A DNA stretch of 64,000 bases, from assembly GCA_050506795.1 (NCBI GenBank), contig JBJHCF010000019.1, positions 1 to 64,000 on the forward strand, read 5' to 3'. Below are positions 51,100-62,375 of this stretch, in pieces. The notes below the pieces were generated by a model that was not told where the DNA came from, searched no databases, and was given only the letters and a program-made list of their open reading frames with translations. The position numbers and the translations under genes are program-made. Origin of the DNA: Opitutia bacterium. Lineage in GTDB: Bacteria > Verrucomicrobiota > Verrucomicrobiia > Opitutales > T3Sed10-336. Numbering within the stretch: the stretch's first letter is position 1; each line of letters opens with the position of its first letter.

Positions 51100-51250
51100 A
51101 ATCGATCGTGTGTATGGGTCTGTTTGAGGATTAGGAAGCTAGCACGCCCGAAGAGAGCCGTCGAAGCTCAAAAAGTGCGATTTAAGGCATTTCCCGTGAC
51201 ATTTCGCGCACGACCGGTACATTGCGATTGCGAATTCAAACCTATTTCCC

Positions 51251-51604
51251 ATGTTCACCTCCCGTCCAAAGGATTATCCCCGTCGTCGTGTTCTCCTGGC
51301 CATGCACTGGTGGGAGGACCGCATTCTGGAGGGAGTGGCGCGTTATGCCGCGGAGTGCGAATTTGCGAATCGTTTTCACCTGTCGCGGGCGTTCGCCCGT
51401 ACCACCGGCGTATCCCCGAACAGCTACCGCAAACACAAGCGAACGTCACGGGTCGTGAAACGCCAAATGACCGCGAACTCGTCAGTCGATTCCGGCCGGC
51501 GTTTCGAGTTTCCAATCAAGGCGTATCACTCGGACGGCAACTCCCGAATCGCGATGGAGCGAAATTCGACGGTTCCGGTTTCGCCCTGGATGCCGATGTA
51601 CTGA
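51251..51604 (+). pseudogene. Internally deleted XylR/AraC-type regulator
   Basis: RRVLLAMHWWEDRILEGVARYAAE (sensor N-terminus) joined directly to CEFANRFHLSRAFARTTGVSPNSYRK (last AraC HTH). Confidence 0.7.
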
Positions 51605-52185
51605 CCCGGCGTTCCAATTCCGGCGGCTTCAGTGAGAAGCTCATCGTTCAACCAGACCTTGAGCTCTTCCCCGGCGACCTTGATCTCCAGGATCTGCCAT
51701 TCACCCGTCTCCCGAGACAGCCTTCTTGCGTCCTCGGGGTCGTACCGGGTCTCGCCGGAGGGCATGCCGTGCCTGAACACGGCGCCGAGCGGGGGGAAAG
51801 GCCACTCCTCAGCCCGCGGGTTGAGCATTTGCACCTGGTAGCTGCCCTGCGGCCAGCCGCGGGCGAAGGTGTTGTCGCTCGAAGCTCTTACAAATATGCC
51901 GCTGTCGGCGTTGTCGGTGAGAAAACGAAACTCCGCCCGCAAACGAAAATCCATGTACGTCGCGCGCGATCGCAACCATCCCTGCGGTTCCACCACCCGC
52001 AATACTCCTTCATCGGTTATGGAAAAGTTCTCCTCTGGTGCGTTCTCCACCACCCAATTTGAAAGTTCCGGGTCGAGTAGTTCCGTCTTGCCCGGCGTTT
52101 CCGGCCCCTGGTCTGCCGAGGCCGTCAAGCCTCCGCAGATGAGAAAAAAGGCGCCGAGCCGGCGGAGGTGTTTGGTCGATGACAT
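51526..52185 (-). CDS. DUF1080 (3-keto-disaccharide hydrolase-like) secreted protein
   Basis: Signal peptide, DFRLRAEFR, ADSGIFVR, YQVQ, GEWQ.LEI, IGIQGE, VEFRSIAIREL. Confidence 0.88.
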   Translation of the reverse strand: MSSTKHLRRLGAFFLICGGLTASADQGPETPGKTELLDPELSNWVVENAPEENFSITDEGVLRVVEPQGWLRSRATYMDFRLRAEFRFLTDNADSGIFVRASSDNTFARGWPQGSYQVQMLNPRAEEWPFPPLGAVFRHGMPSGETRYDPEDARRLSRETGEWQILEIKVAGEELKVWLNDELLTEAAGIGTPGQYIGIQGETGTVEFRSIAIRELPSE

Positions 52186-52478
52186 AGAAGTTTCTTTCCC
52201 GGTGCTGGTGAAGTGACCGCAACTGTCGGCGGAGGCGAAACAGGTATGGTCCACTCCAGGCTGCCTGATTAATGGGTGATTAACGAGTCCACCCTGTCTC
52301 AAGGTGTGGGATGGCGCAAGCACAACCGATTCCTCGCGGATCGAGCCCACCCGTCCCGGCACGTCGTCGGCGGATCCCGCGCTTCCCGATGCCAGGCGGT
52401 TGGTCCCCTGCAAAGGATTGACCCGGTTGGTTCAGGGTGTTTGTCTGCTCGTTTTTCACCAACGATTGGAGACGATAC

Positions 52479-54272
<1,794 letters not shown>

Positions 54273-54369
54273 TCCCTTGTTGCTGAAATCCTGCGCAAAT
54301 CGCGCAAGATAATTTGTCTTGTTAGGTCATATAAGCTAGGGCTGAACCCGATTTCACCATTCGATCTCT

Positions 54370-54540
54370 GGCGAAACTGAAGGGATTGTGAATCCGGTGC
54401 TGACCGCCCGATTGGGAGAGCGTGTGCGCATCACGATTATCAACGGCGAGTTCATGGTTCACGACGTCGCGATGGAACGGCATGGGGTGGCGAGCGAACA
54501 AATCCCGCAGGAGGGCCTCCTCGAACTGGCGGGGGAATAG
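54370..54540 (+). pseudogene. Cupredoxin-like domain fragment
   Basis: Manual translation GETEGIVNPVLTARLGERVRITIINGEFMVHDVAMERHGVASEQI; stops before any C/H/M copper ligands. Confidence 0.45.
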
Positions 54541-54671
54541 AGTATTGCGGGTCGGCAGTCCTATGAGCATAGTGTGAGTTATCCACCAACCATTCAATCC
54601 TGACCCGTCGGCAACGCTGGGGCTTTATCCCTTCACGCATTGAAGCCGGGAATCCGCAGGGGTTCGTTCTT

Positions 54672-55931
54672 ATGAGGCTATCTTTACCACTTTTCCTGAT
54701 CGCGGCAGCTATTTCATTCCATTCCGCCGGCTTAGCGGAGGACAGGATCCTCCACACCTTCAAGAAGCTTCAGCTTTCGGATGAGTTTTACTCGGAGGGC
54801 GCGAACTTCGGTGACTTCAACAACAACGGGACCATGGATATTGTTTCCGGTCCCTATTGGTACGAGGGACCGGATTTTAACGATCGGCACGAGATCTACC
54901 CTCCGAGGCCGTTCGACCCTGAAGACTACTCGGATTCGTTTTTTGCCTTCACGTACGATATCAACGGCAACGGATGGACCGATATTCTGATGGTCGGATT
55001 TCCCGGAAGAGCGGCTTACTGGTTTGAGAACCCACGCGGGGAGGACCGGCACTGGGAGCGTCATCTCGTTCATGACGCAGTGGGGAACGAGTCGCCGGGG
55101 TGGGGGGATGTGACCGGTGACGGACGGCCGGAATTGATCTTTAATACCCGACGCCACCTGGGCTACGCCCGTCCAAATCCGAACGAACCGACCGAGCCCT
55201 GGGAATTCATTCCTGTGTCTCCGGAGGGTGATTGGAGTCCGTTCACCCACGGACTCGGATACGGCGATGTCAACGGCAACGGCCGCGTCGATCTGATTAC
55301 CGCTGGCGGCTGGTGGGAGCAGCCTGAGTCGCTTGCGGGAAACCCGGAATGGGCTTTTCACCCGGTCGAGATCGGACCGGGCGCCCAGATCTTTGCCTAT
55401 GATCTGAACGGGAACGGGAAGAACGACCTGATCTCCAGTCTCGACGCTCATGGATGGGGCCTGGCCTGGTTCCGTCAGATCGCCGCTGAACACGGCCGAA
55501 TCGACTTTTCGCGTAATCTCATATTGGGCGAAAGGTATCGCGACAACCGGTACGGAATACGGTTCTCCCAGATCCACGCGGTTGCACTTGCCGACATCGA
55601 CGGTGATGGTCTCAAGGATATCGTAACCGGAAAACGCTTCTGGGCGCACGGCCCGCACGGTGATCCCGAGCCGAATGCGCCGGCCGTGCTCTATTGGTTT
55701 AAGACCGTCCGGACCGGTGACGGAGAGGTCGACTTCCTCCCCTTCAGGATAGACGCCAACTCAGGCGTCGGCACCCAGGTGGTGGCCGGAGATGTCTCGG
55801 GAAACGGTTATCCCGACATCGTGGTCGGCAACAAAAACGGGACATTCGTGTTCCTGAACGAGCCGAGCGAAGTCAGCCTTGAGGTTTGGGAAGACGCCCA
55901 GCCGGAGGTCATCCGGATCCACCGGGATTAG
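54672..55931 (+). CDS. Secreted FG-GAP/VCBS repeat protein
   Basis: Signal peptide; about 7 repeats such as GDFNNNG, DINGNG, GDVTGDG, ADIDGDG. Confidence 0.9.
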   Translation: MRLSLPLFLIAAAISFHSAGLAEDRILHTFKKLQLSDEFYSEGANFGDFNNNGTMDIVSGPYWYEGPDFNDRHEIYPPRPFDPEDYSDSFFAFTYDINGNGWTDILMVGFPGRAAYWFENPRGEDRHWERHLVHDAVGNESPGWGDVTGDGRPELIFNTRRHLGYARPNPNEPTEPWEFIPVSPEGDWSPFTHGLGYGDVNGNGRVDLITAGGWWEQPESLAGNPEWAFHPVEIGPGAQIFAYDLNGNGKNDLISSLDAHGWGLAWFRQIAAEHGRIDFSRNLILGERYRDNRYGIRFSQIHAVALADIDGDGLKDIVTGKRFWAHGPHGDPEPNAPAVLYWFKTVRTGDGEVDFLPFRIDANSGVGTQVVAGDVSGNGYPDIVVGNKNGTFVFLNEPSEVSLEVWEDAQPEVIRIHRD

Positions 55932-56031
55932 GCGCTCTTTTTGGTCTCGAAGTATTACCCGGCAAGATTGCCTGGTCAATCGGGTTTAAGAAGACTGTCC
56001 GGTTTCGCCGCCGGTCTGCCGGGCAATGCGC

Positions 56032-57165
56032 TTACCGCTTATGGGAAACCGCTTGATCGCCGAGCTTGCCGGCCAGTGACGCCAGGGCGGCGCTGTTTTC
56101 CAAACCGTCAAGAAAGCGTCCTGGGATTCCAGACAATCCGACCTGGGCGCCAACCAGGGCGCCGGTGAGAATGCTGCGGGCCTGGTTCTGGCCGCCGCCG
56201 TTGAGAGCGTGCAGCACCGCTTGTTCGAAATCGTCGGCGAATCGCGCCGCGAGGTAGTAGGCGGCGGGAAGTTGGTGATAGATCGCGCAGGGCATCCCGT
56301 AGACGATGGACACCTTCCAGGCCGGTTCGATTGAAATACCAGGATCCATTGCCGCTTCCGCCATGTAGGACGGTGTCAGCAGGGCGTCGGGAGAAGAAAA
56401 GCGTCCCGCACGTGAAGGCTCCGGAGTCCCCGGGCGAGGCGGACCGCGGCGATCGCTCGTGACGGCGTGAAAGGGGAGATCGCCGCTTTTAACGAGGTTC
56501 ATCAGTTTGCCGGAGATTTCAGTATCCATTTTTTCCCCACGAACAAGGAGAGCCAGAACGCAACAATAGGCCGTCGTCATCGCGACAATCGCTTCATCAG
56601 CCTGGGTCAGCAGGCAGTTGGAAGCGACCGTCTTTGCCACCATCGCCGGATCTCCCGCAAAGCATGCGGCGAGCACAAGGGCGCGTTCGGCGGCCTCGGT
56701 CGTATCCGCATGCCCGCCCGTCTCGGTCCAGGGCCGGTTTTCGCGGACACGCCTGCGCCACGCCTCGCGGATCGATTGACTGGTGTAGCCTCCAGGGCCG
56801 CTCATGGGTGTGCCGTCCAGGTGCGGAAACAGTTCCTCGTCCAGACGCCGGCAAAAATCCGCTTCGTCATAACCGTTGCTTTCGACCACCGAACGCAAAA
56901 GCAGGGTCAGAATGATACCGGCCTGGGAGAGCTGACCCGCCTTCAGCCCGGCATGATAGCGGTTGGGTTGGGGATCGGTGTAGTCGTGAATCCAATCCCC
57001 GTAGTCACGCCTCATTTCCTCGAGGTCGTAATACCAGTGAGGGCCCAACCCCAAAGCATCCCCGATCAACGCACCCATCACCGCCCCGGCCACACGATCC
57101 TTCATCTTTTCAGGATAAAATACCGGCCTGTCGCGGTAAAGAGCGTTTTCCCCATCCGAAATCAA
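56032..57165 (-). CDS. ADP-ribosylglycohydrolase/crystallin J1 family protein
   Basis: GALIGDALG, C-terminal NGGG...R..LTGALVGA..G...IP; alternative start 57105. Confidence 0.82.
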   Translation of the reverse strand: MISDGENALYRDRPVFYPEKMKDRVAGAVMGALIGDALGLGPHWYYDLEEMRRDYGDWIHDYTDPQPNRYHAGLKAGQLSQAGIILTLLLRSVVESNGYDEADFCRRLDEELFPHLDGTPMSGPGGYTSQSIREAWRRRVRENRPWTETGGHADTTEAAERALVLAACFAGDPAMVAKTVASNCLLTQADEAIVAMTTAYCCVLALLVRGEKMDTEISGKLMNLVKSGDLPFHAVTSDRRGPPRPGTPEPSRAGRFSSPDALLTPSYMAEAAMDPGISIEPAWKVSIVYGMPCAIYHQLPAAYYLAARFADDFEQAVLHALNGGGQNQARSILTGALVGAQVGLSGIPGRFLDGLENSAALASLAGKLGDQAVSHKR

Positions 57166-57183
57166 AGGCCGCCTCGGCTGCCA

Positions 57184-58341
57184 TTACCGCCCGGAAGATT
57201 TAATGTCTTCGGGGCCTGGCAGCCGCAGTTTACGGCGGAGGTAGCGTTCGCAGATATGGTAAAAGGTGATCATGGACTCGATGTCGATCCATTCGTCTTC
57301 GGCGTGCAGGTTGCCGACCAGGGGGCGTGACATGACGACGGGTATGCCGTGCGCGCAAACGAACCGGGCGTCGCTGCCGCCGTCGTCCTTGACGAGCCGT
57401 GCGGGCCTGCCGGTGACGGTTTCGATCGTTTGCCGGTAAGCGGGGTCGGGGAGCAGGCGGGTGGCTTCGGCCGAAATGATGGTTTCCGTTTCGGTTTCCG
57501 GTCCGAGGATTCCGGTCACCGTGTTCGTGATTTCGGCGACTGTGTGCGATGCGGGAAAGCGGATGTCCAGTACGGCTTCCGCATCCGCCGGCACGCGGTT
57601 TCGCGTTTCGTTCTCGGTCCGGATGAGGGTTACGGTGCAGGTGGGATGCCAGCGGTCGCCGGAGCAGGCGATCGCCGCGAAATGTTCGCGCACGGCACTC
57701 AGCCGGTCCATGAGTGCTTCGATCGGATTGACGCCGAGCCAGGGGCGTGCGGCGTGGGCCGGACGGCCCCTCCGGCGAACGCGAAGGTGCAGGATGCCTT
57801 TTTCCTCGATCGTGATGTCGTTGAGGCTGCCTCCGTCCGGTATCATGGCTTCGCCGCAGCGGAGACCGGCGGTGTTGAAAAGGTAACCGATCCCGGACTC
57901 ACCTCCCAACTCCTCGTCGGTGGTGACGGCGAAGCCGAGCGAGGCTCCGGGATAATTCCGGTGAATGCTCCGAAAAACTTCGAGAAGGACGGCCAGCGTT
58001 CCCTTCATATCACCGGCTCCGGGTCCGTAGATTCTGCCGTCCCGGATTTCGGAGCGGTAGACGGAAAGGTTCTTGTGAGTGATAACGTCGAGGTGGGCGC
58101 AGAAGAGGATTTCGGGGTGTTCGCAGCCGTCCGGTGTCGCGACCAGCGACGGGAACCCCTTGTCCTCGTACTCGCGGACACGGATAGAGTCGAGCGTATC
58201 GAGGTGGTTCTTGACGAAATAAAAGCCGCGCTCCCGGTCGTCGGGGCGGCTGGGGATGGTGGGAATCAGGATGAGGTCGCGCGTGAGGGCGACCACCCGC
58301 TCCCGCAGTCGGGCGTCGTCGGTGTTTTCAATCGCGGTCAT
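57184..58341 (-). CDS. M20-family metallopeptidase (ArgE/DapE-like)
   Basis: AHLDV, GPGAGDMKG, DEELGG, NRVP, GGSDARF, HAEDE. Confidence 0.9.
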   Translation of the reverse strand: MTAIENTDDARLRERVVALTRDLILIPTIPSRPDDRERGFYFVKNHLDTLDSIRVREYEDKGFPSLVATPDGCEHPEILFCAHLDVITHKNLSVYRSEIRDGRIYGPGAGDMKGTLAVLLEVFRSIHRNYPGASLGFAVTTDEELGGESGIGYLFNTAGLRCGEAMIPDGGSLNDITIEEKGILHLRVRRRGRPAHAARPWLGVNPIEALMDRLSAVREHFAAIACSGDRWHPTCTVTLIRTENETRNRVPADAEAVLDIRFPASHTVAEITNTVTGILGPETETETIISAEATRLLPDPAYRQTIETVTGRPARLVKDDGGSDARFVCAHGIPVVMSRPLVGNLHAEDEWIDIESMITFYHICERYLRRKLRLPGPEDIKSSGR

Positions 58342-59770
58342 AGTCCCAGGCGAACTGATCCAGGTTTTTCAAACGTTCAAACTGTTTCGTGGTGCCGCAC
58401 GCGTCTGGTCCAAGGGCGAGGAGCTGGCACTTTTCAATCAGGCCGGCGGCATTCGGGTTGAAATTGAAGGGAAACATCCCGGCTTCCGCCCCGGGGGCGT
58501 ACAGCAGGTTTTCCCGCCGCAGCAGCCGGAGTACGTTCCGCGGAGATTGGGGCGGGGAAAGAAGCACGTTCCGCATCTGCCAGGCGCCCGCCGGAAGAAA
58601 GTGACGCGCCAGCAGCGACGGGTAGGTCGCGCCGGTGACCCGGGCGTTAATTTCGCAAATGCGCGCGATCCGTTTACCGGATTCCTCGGTCAGGAGAAAA
58701 TCGACGCTGGCGGTGCCGCGATACCCGCGCCCGTGCAGCCAGGCGGACGCCTTCGACGCCTGGTCGAGGAGATCCCTTTTGACCTGCGGGTCGTCTTCGA
58801 CGAGCCGGGGAGGGGAGACGTTCCCCTGGTGGATGCTGTCGCCGCTCAGGATCTGGTCGGTGAGGTCGTATAGAGTCAGTGTGTTTTCACCGAGAAATAC
58901 CTGCACGCTAGGGGAACCGAGTACCCGGAAATTTTGCCGGGAATCATCAAACCAGCCTTGGACGAGGCAGGCGCCCGCATGGAAGAGGTATTGTGGAATC
59001 TCCGCTTCCCGGCCGGTGTCGACTTTGATCATGCCGATTCCGGAAGCTCCCACGGGCGCCTTGATCACCACCTGGCGATACCCCATTTTCCCGAGGCGGG
59101 CCACGTGCCGGCGTCCCTCCTCCGGGCCGGAAGCCTTGAGGGTGTCGAAAACCGGAAGTCCGGACCCCTCCAGGAAATCCTGCAGCAGGCTCTTGTCGTT
59201 GCCCTCGCGGCTGCCACGCCCCGTGCTGATCGGCCTCTTCCCCGTCAGCTCCGCCAGCCGGACCACGACGTCGTCGGTCACAAAACCGTCGATCCATTTC
59301 GCCGGATGGCAGGTCAACTCATCGAGCAGGGCTTTCAATTCCTCCGAGGCGGGGGCGGTGGCACGGGTGTAAACCGAGTGAGGTACAACGCGCACCTCCG
59401 GAAGGTCCAGGCCGAGTTCGTCGCGAAGAAACGCCACCAATTCCGGCACCGGTTCCCTCTCGAGGACAAGCAGATTGCCTCCCCCTCGAAAGAGCAGGTC
59501 GATGACCGGAATCAGGCGTCCGCCGTAGGTTTCAATGCGGCCCACGTTTTCTCGAAGCAGGCGCGTCTCTTCCTCGTTCCCGAAAAACAGGGACAGCAGG
59601 TTGGCAAAGAAAACCGCGGTTCGGTCCCAGGTTTCAGGCAGCACGCCGGGACGCACGTTGATTTCGAGCGGCATGGCAGAACGATCCGGGGCGATGGATT
59701 TGTCTCCGAAGCCCTCTTGCGGCGGGGGATTCTCGGGTGAGGCATCGACGGAGCTTCGGGATTCGCGCAT
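58328..59770 (-). CDS. ATP-grasp ligase resembling the PGM1 peptide-ligase family
   Basis: NDK, VVIK...GASGIG, SPSVQ, DQIL...HQGN, GYRG..SVDF, EINARVTGATYP; alternative start 59674. Confidence 0.75.
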   Translation of the reverse strand: MRESRSSVDASPENPPPQEGFGDKSIAPDRSAMPLEINVRPGVLPETWDRTAVFFANLLSLFFGNEEETRLLRENVGRIETYGGRLIPVIDLLFRGGGNLLVLEREPVPELVAFLRDELGLDLPEVRVVPHSVYTRATAPASEELKALLDELTCHPAKWIDGFVTDDVVVRLAELTGKRPISTGRGSREGNDKSLLQDFLEGSGLPVFDTLKASGPEEGRRHVARLGKMGYRQVVIKAPVGASGIGMIKVDTGREAEIPQYLFHAGACLVQGWFDDSRQNFRVLGSPSVQVFLGENTLTLYDLTDQILSGDSIHQGNVSPPRLVEDDPQVKRDLLDQASKASAWLHGRGYRGTASVDFLLTEESGKRIARICEINARVTGATYPSLLARHFLPAGAWQMRNVLLSPPQSPRNVLRLLRRENLLYAPGAEAGMFPFNFNPNAAGLIEKCQLLALGPDACGTTKQFERLKNLDQFAWDYDRD

Positions 59771-59806
59771 GGAAGGGTGCTTGAATTGAAAGTAATGGTA
59801 TTTCGC

Positions 59807-61549
59807 TCAGTGACCCGCAGCGGCGCCGCCGGGCCTGCGCGGGTCGCTGGCGCCGTGCAGGCGTTGGCCGTCGAACAGGATGCTCTGCGCCGCGCCGATG
59901 GTGGTTGATCGGAGGACGTTGTGGCCCATTTCCGAGAGGAGCCGTTCGGTGTCCGGACTTATACCTCGTTCGAGCAGGAGTTCGTCGGGAAGCCATTGGT
60001 GATGGACCCGAGGCGCGTGGGTGGCCTCCGCGATATTCCTGCCGTGGTCGATGACGTTGAGCAGGACTTGGAGCGAGGTGTTGATGATTCGACTTCCGCC
60101 GGGACTGCCGGTGACAATGTACGGGGCGCCGTCGCGAAGGACGATGACCGGTGTCATGGAGCTGAGCATACGTTTTCCCGGCTCGATGGCGTTGAATTCG
60201 CCGCCGATCAGGCCGTAGGCGTTCGGGACGCCGGGTTTGGCGGAAAAGTCGTCCATCTGATTGTTCAGAAAAATCCCGGTTCCGGTCGCTATGTGACCGG
60301 TGCCGAAGCGAAAGTTGAGCGTGAAGGTGTTGCTCACGGCGTTGCCGTCGCGGTCGACGACCGAAAAATGGGTCGTTTCGGAGGCCTCCTGAAAAGCCCG
60401 CGGATTCCCCGGAGCGATTTCCCCGGCGGGAGTCGCCATGTCGGGGTTCACGCGTTCGCGAAGCTGCGTGGCGTAGGATTTCGAGGTCAATCCGTCGACG
60501 GGGATGTCGGCAAAATCCGGATCGCCCAGATGGATCGAACGGTCGGCGTAGGCGAGTTTCATTGCTTCCGCCATCAGGTGGATCGTACGGGCGGAATTAT
60601 GGCCGTATTCGGAAATAGGATACTCTTCCAGAATGTTCAGCATTTGCACCAGGTGGACTCCTCCCGAGCTCGGAGGAGGCATGGAGAGAATCTTGTGTCC
60701 GCGGTACTCTCCCTTGATGGGGTCCCGCCACACGGGACGGTAGGCGTCGAGGTCCTCCATCGAAACCAATCCTCCGAAGGCTTCCATATCGGCGACGATC
60801 TTTTCGGCAATCGAGCCGCGGTAAAACGCGTCCGGTCCTTCCACTTTGATCCGGCGAAGGCTTTCGGCGAGGTCCGGTTGGCGGAGGCGGTCGCCGGCTT
60901 CGAGCGTGCGTCCGTCCGGGTGGAAAAATGTGCGTTTGGCGTCGGGGGAGCGAGACAACTTATCCTTCTCGATGAGCAGATGGGAGGCGAGCGCGGGTGA
61001 GACGGGAAAACCGTTTTCGGCAAGAGCGATCGCCGGTTCGAGCACTTCGGCCAGAGTCAGGGTGCCATGGCGTTGCAGGACTTCGGCGAATCCGGCGACG
61101 GTTCCGGGCGTGCCGGTCGCGAGGTGGGAATAGCGCGATTTGTATTCGTCCACTGCGCCGTCATTGTCGAGGAAAAGGTCCCGGTGCGCCTTCGCGGGCG
61201 CGGTTTCGCGGTAGTCGAGCGCCAGGGCTTGTTCGCCATCGGCGAGGTGGATCACCATAAAACCGCCCCCGCCGAGATTGCCGGCCTGGGGGAGCGTTAC
61301 GGCCAAGGCGAATCCCGTGGCGACGGCGGCATCCACCGCGTTGCCCCCGCCGGCCAGAATGTCCCGTCCGATCCTGGCCGCCGTTTCCTCGCGGGCGACG
61401 ACCATTCCATGGGACGCGGATACCGGGTGCGCGGTCGCGGCGTCGTCGAATGGCGAATTCCCGGCGGCCGGACCGGAAACGAAAGCGCTGAGGAATAGAC
61501 AAAGCCAAACCGGTGATCGCAAGCGTCTTGTGAGGTTTGAAAGAATCAT
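59807..61549 (-). CDS. ggt: Gamma-glutamyltransferase (secreted)
   Basis: GGNAVDAAVA, PPPSSGG, autocleavage SETTHFS, LNNQMDDF, SSMTP, GSPGG. Confidence 0.96.
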   Translation of the reverse strand: MILSNLTRRLRSPVWLCLFLSAFVSGPAAGNSPFDDAATAHPVSASHGMVVAREETAARIGRDILAGGGNAVDAAVATGFALAVTLPQAGNLGGGGFMVIHLADGEQALALDYRETAPAKAHRDLFLDNDGAVDEYKSRYSHLATGTPGTVAGFAEVLQRHGTLTLAEVLEPAIALAENGFPVSPALASHLLIEKDKLSRSPDAKRTFFHPDGRTLEAGDRLRQPDLAESLRRIKVEGPDAFYRGSIAEKIVADMEAFGGLVSMEDLDAYRPVWRDPIKGEYRGHKILSMPPPSSGGVHLVQMLNILEEYPISEYGHNSARTIHLMAEAMKLAYADRSIHLGDPDFADIPVDGLTSKSYATQLRERVNPDMATPAGEIAPGNPRAFQEASETTHFSVVDRDGNAVSNTFTLNFRFGTGHIATGTGIFLNNQMDDFSAKPGVPNAYGLIGGEFNAIEPGKRMLSSMTPVIVLRDGAPYIVTGSPGGSRIINTSLQVLLNVIDHGRNIAEATHAPRVHHQWLPDELLLERGISPDTERLLSEMGHNVLRSTTIGAAQSILFDGQRLHGASDPRRPGGAAAGH

Positions 61550-61758
61550 CGCCCTGCATTCATATTGGCCCCTTTCTAAGATTGCGTCAATTCCCGGACG
61601 AGGAATGCGCCGCAGCGATAGTGCTCACGCAGTTGAGCCCGTTCCGGCGCGAATGGAGGTCAACGCCGCCACGGCGGTGTAGGAAGCCGAATTAGGAACC
61701 CGCGCAAAGAGGAGGCAATCTATTATTAATTTAAGGACCCCAACGGATTGGCTCCCGA

Positions 61759-62313
61759 TCAACGCCCGGGAGACCTGCCGGACCCATTGAGAGGATTGGC
61801 GGGTCGTCCATTCGCTTTTTCCCGTAAGGAGGTTCGCTTGTGCGAAGGCTCTTTGCGTTTTCGCTTTTTTCCGCTTAATTGGGCCGCAGGCTTTGAAGCG
61901 AGGGAAGATCCTGGTTTCGGCAGAAAGAGGACGAGGGTGCCGTCATCGCGGCAGGAAAGGTGCCAGTGCTCTTCGTTCACGGTTTTCGGAAGTTCGACGA
62001 TCCGACGGAAGGAAACGAGCTTCTCTTTTTTATCGAAGGGCGTGCGACTCCAGCGCAGCCCGGAAAGGATCAGTACGTTTTCGATCAGTTCGACGATAAC
62101 CGAATCGCTCTCCAGGCCGGGGAGAACGAATGCGACCTGGAAGGCTCCATCGAACTCGGCGATTTCCGGCTCCGGGGCGTTCCACTCGGGAATGTCGCGG
62201 TGTTCACTGTATTGTTGGAGATCGGCCAATGCTGAGTCAAAAAACTCTTCCATCTCCGAGTCCCACTCGGGGAAAAACAGTTTTCGGTAGAGCAGGTCCG
62301 TTCTTTTCGTCAT
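61759..62313 (-). CDS. Divergent Hsp20/alpha-crystallin protein with basic tail
   Basis: LPGL, VLILSG.R, FRRIVELP, DGTLVLFLPK. Confidence 0.7.
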   Translation of the reverse strand: MTKRTDLLYRKLFFPEWDSEMEEFFDSALADLQQYSEHRDIPEWNAPEPEIAEFDGAFQVAFVLPGLESDSVIVELIENVLILSGLRWSRTPFDKKEKLVSFRRIVELPKTVNEEHWHLSCRDDGTLVLFLPKPGSSLASKPAAQLSGKKRKRKEPSHKRTSLREKANGRPANPLNGSGRSPGR

Positions 62314-62375
62314 CGATCCGTGTCTCCAATTCATGCGGGATTGTCTGGAATTTCCTCCCTCTCCGGTCCGGTTGT

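Noticed and set aside
54322..54597. 91-aa minus-strand ORF downstream of aspS
   Set aside because: Better explained as the antisense shadow of the plus-strand cupredoxin-like fragment
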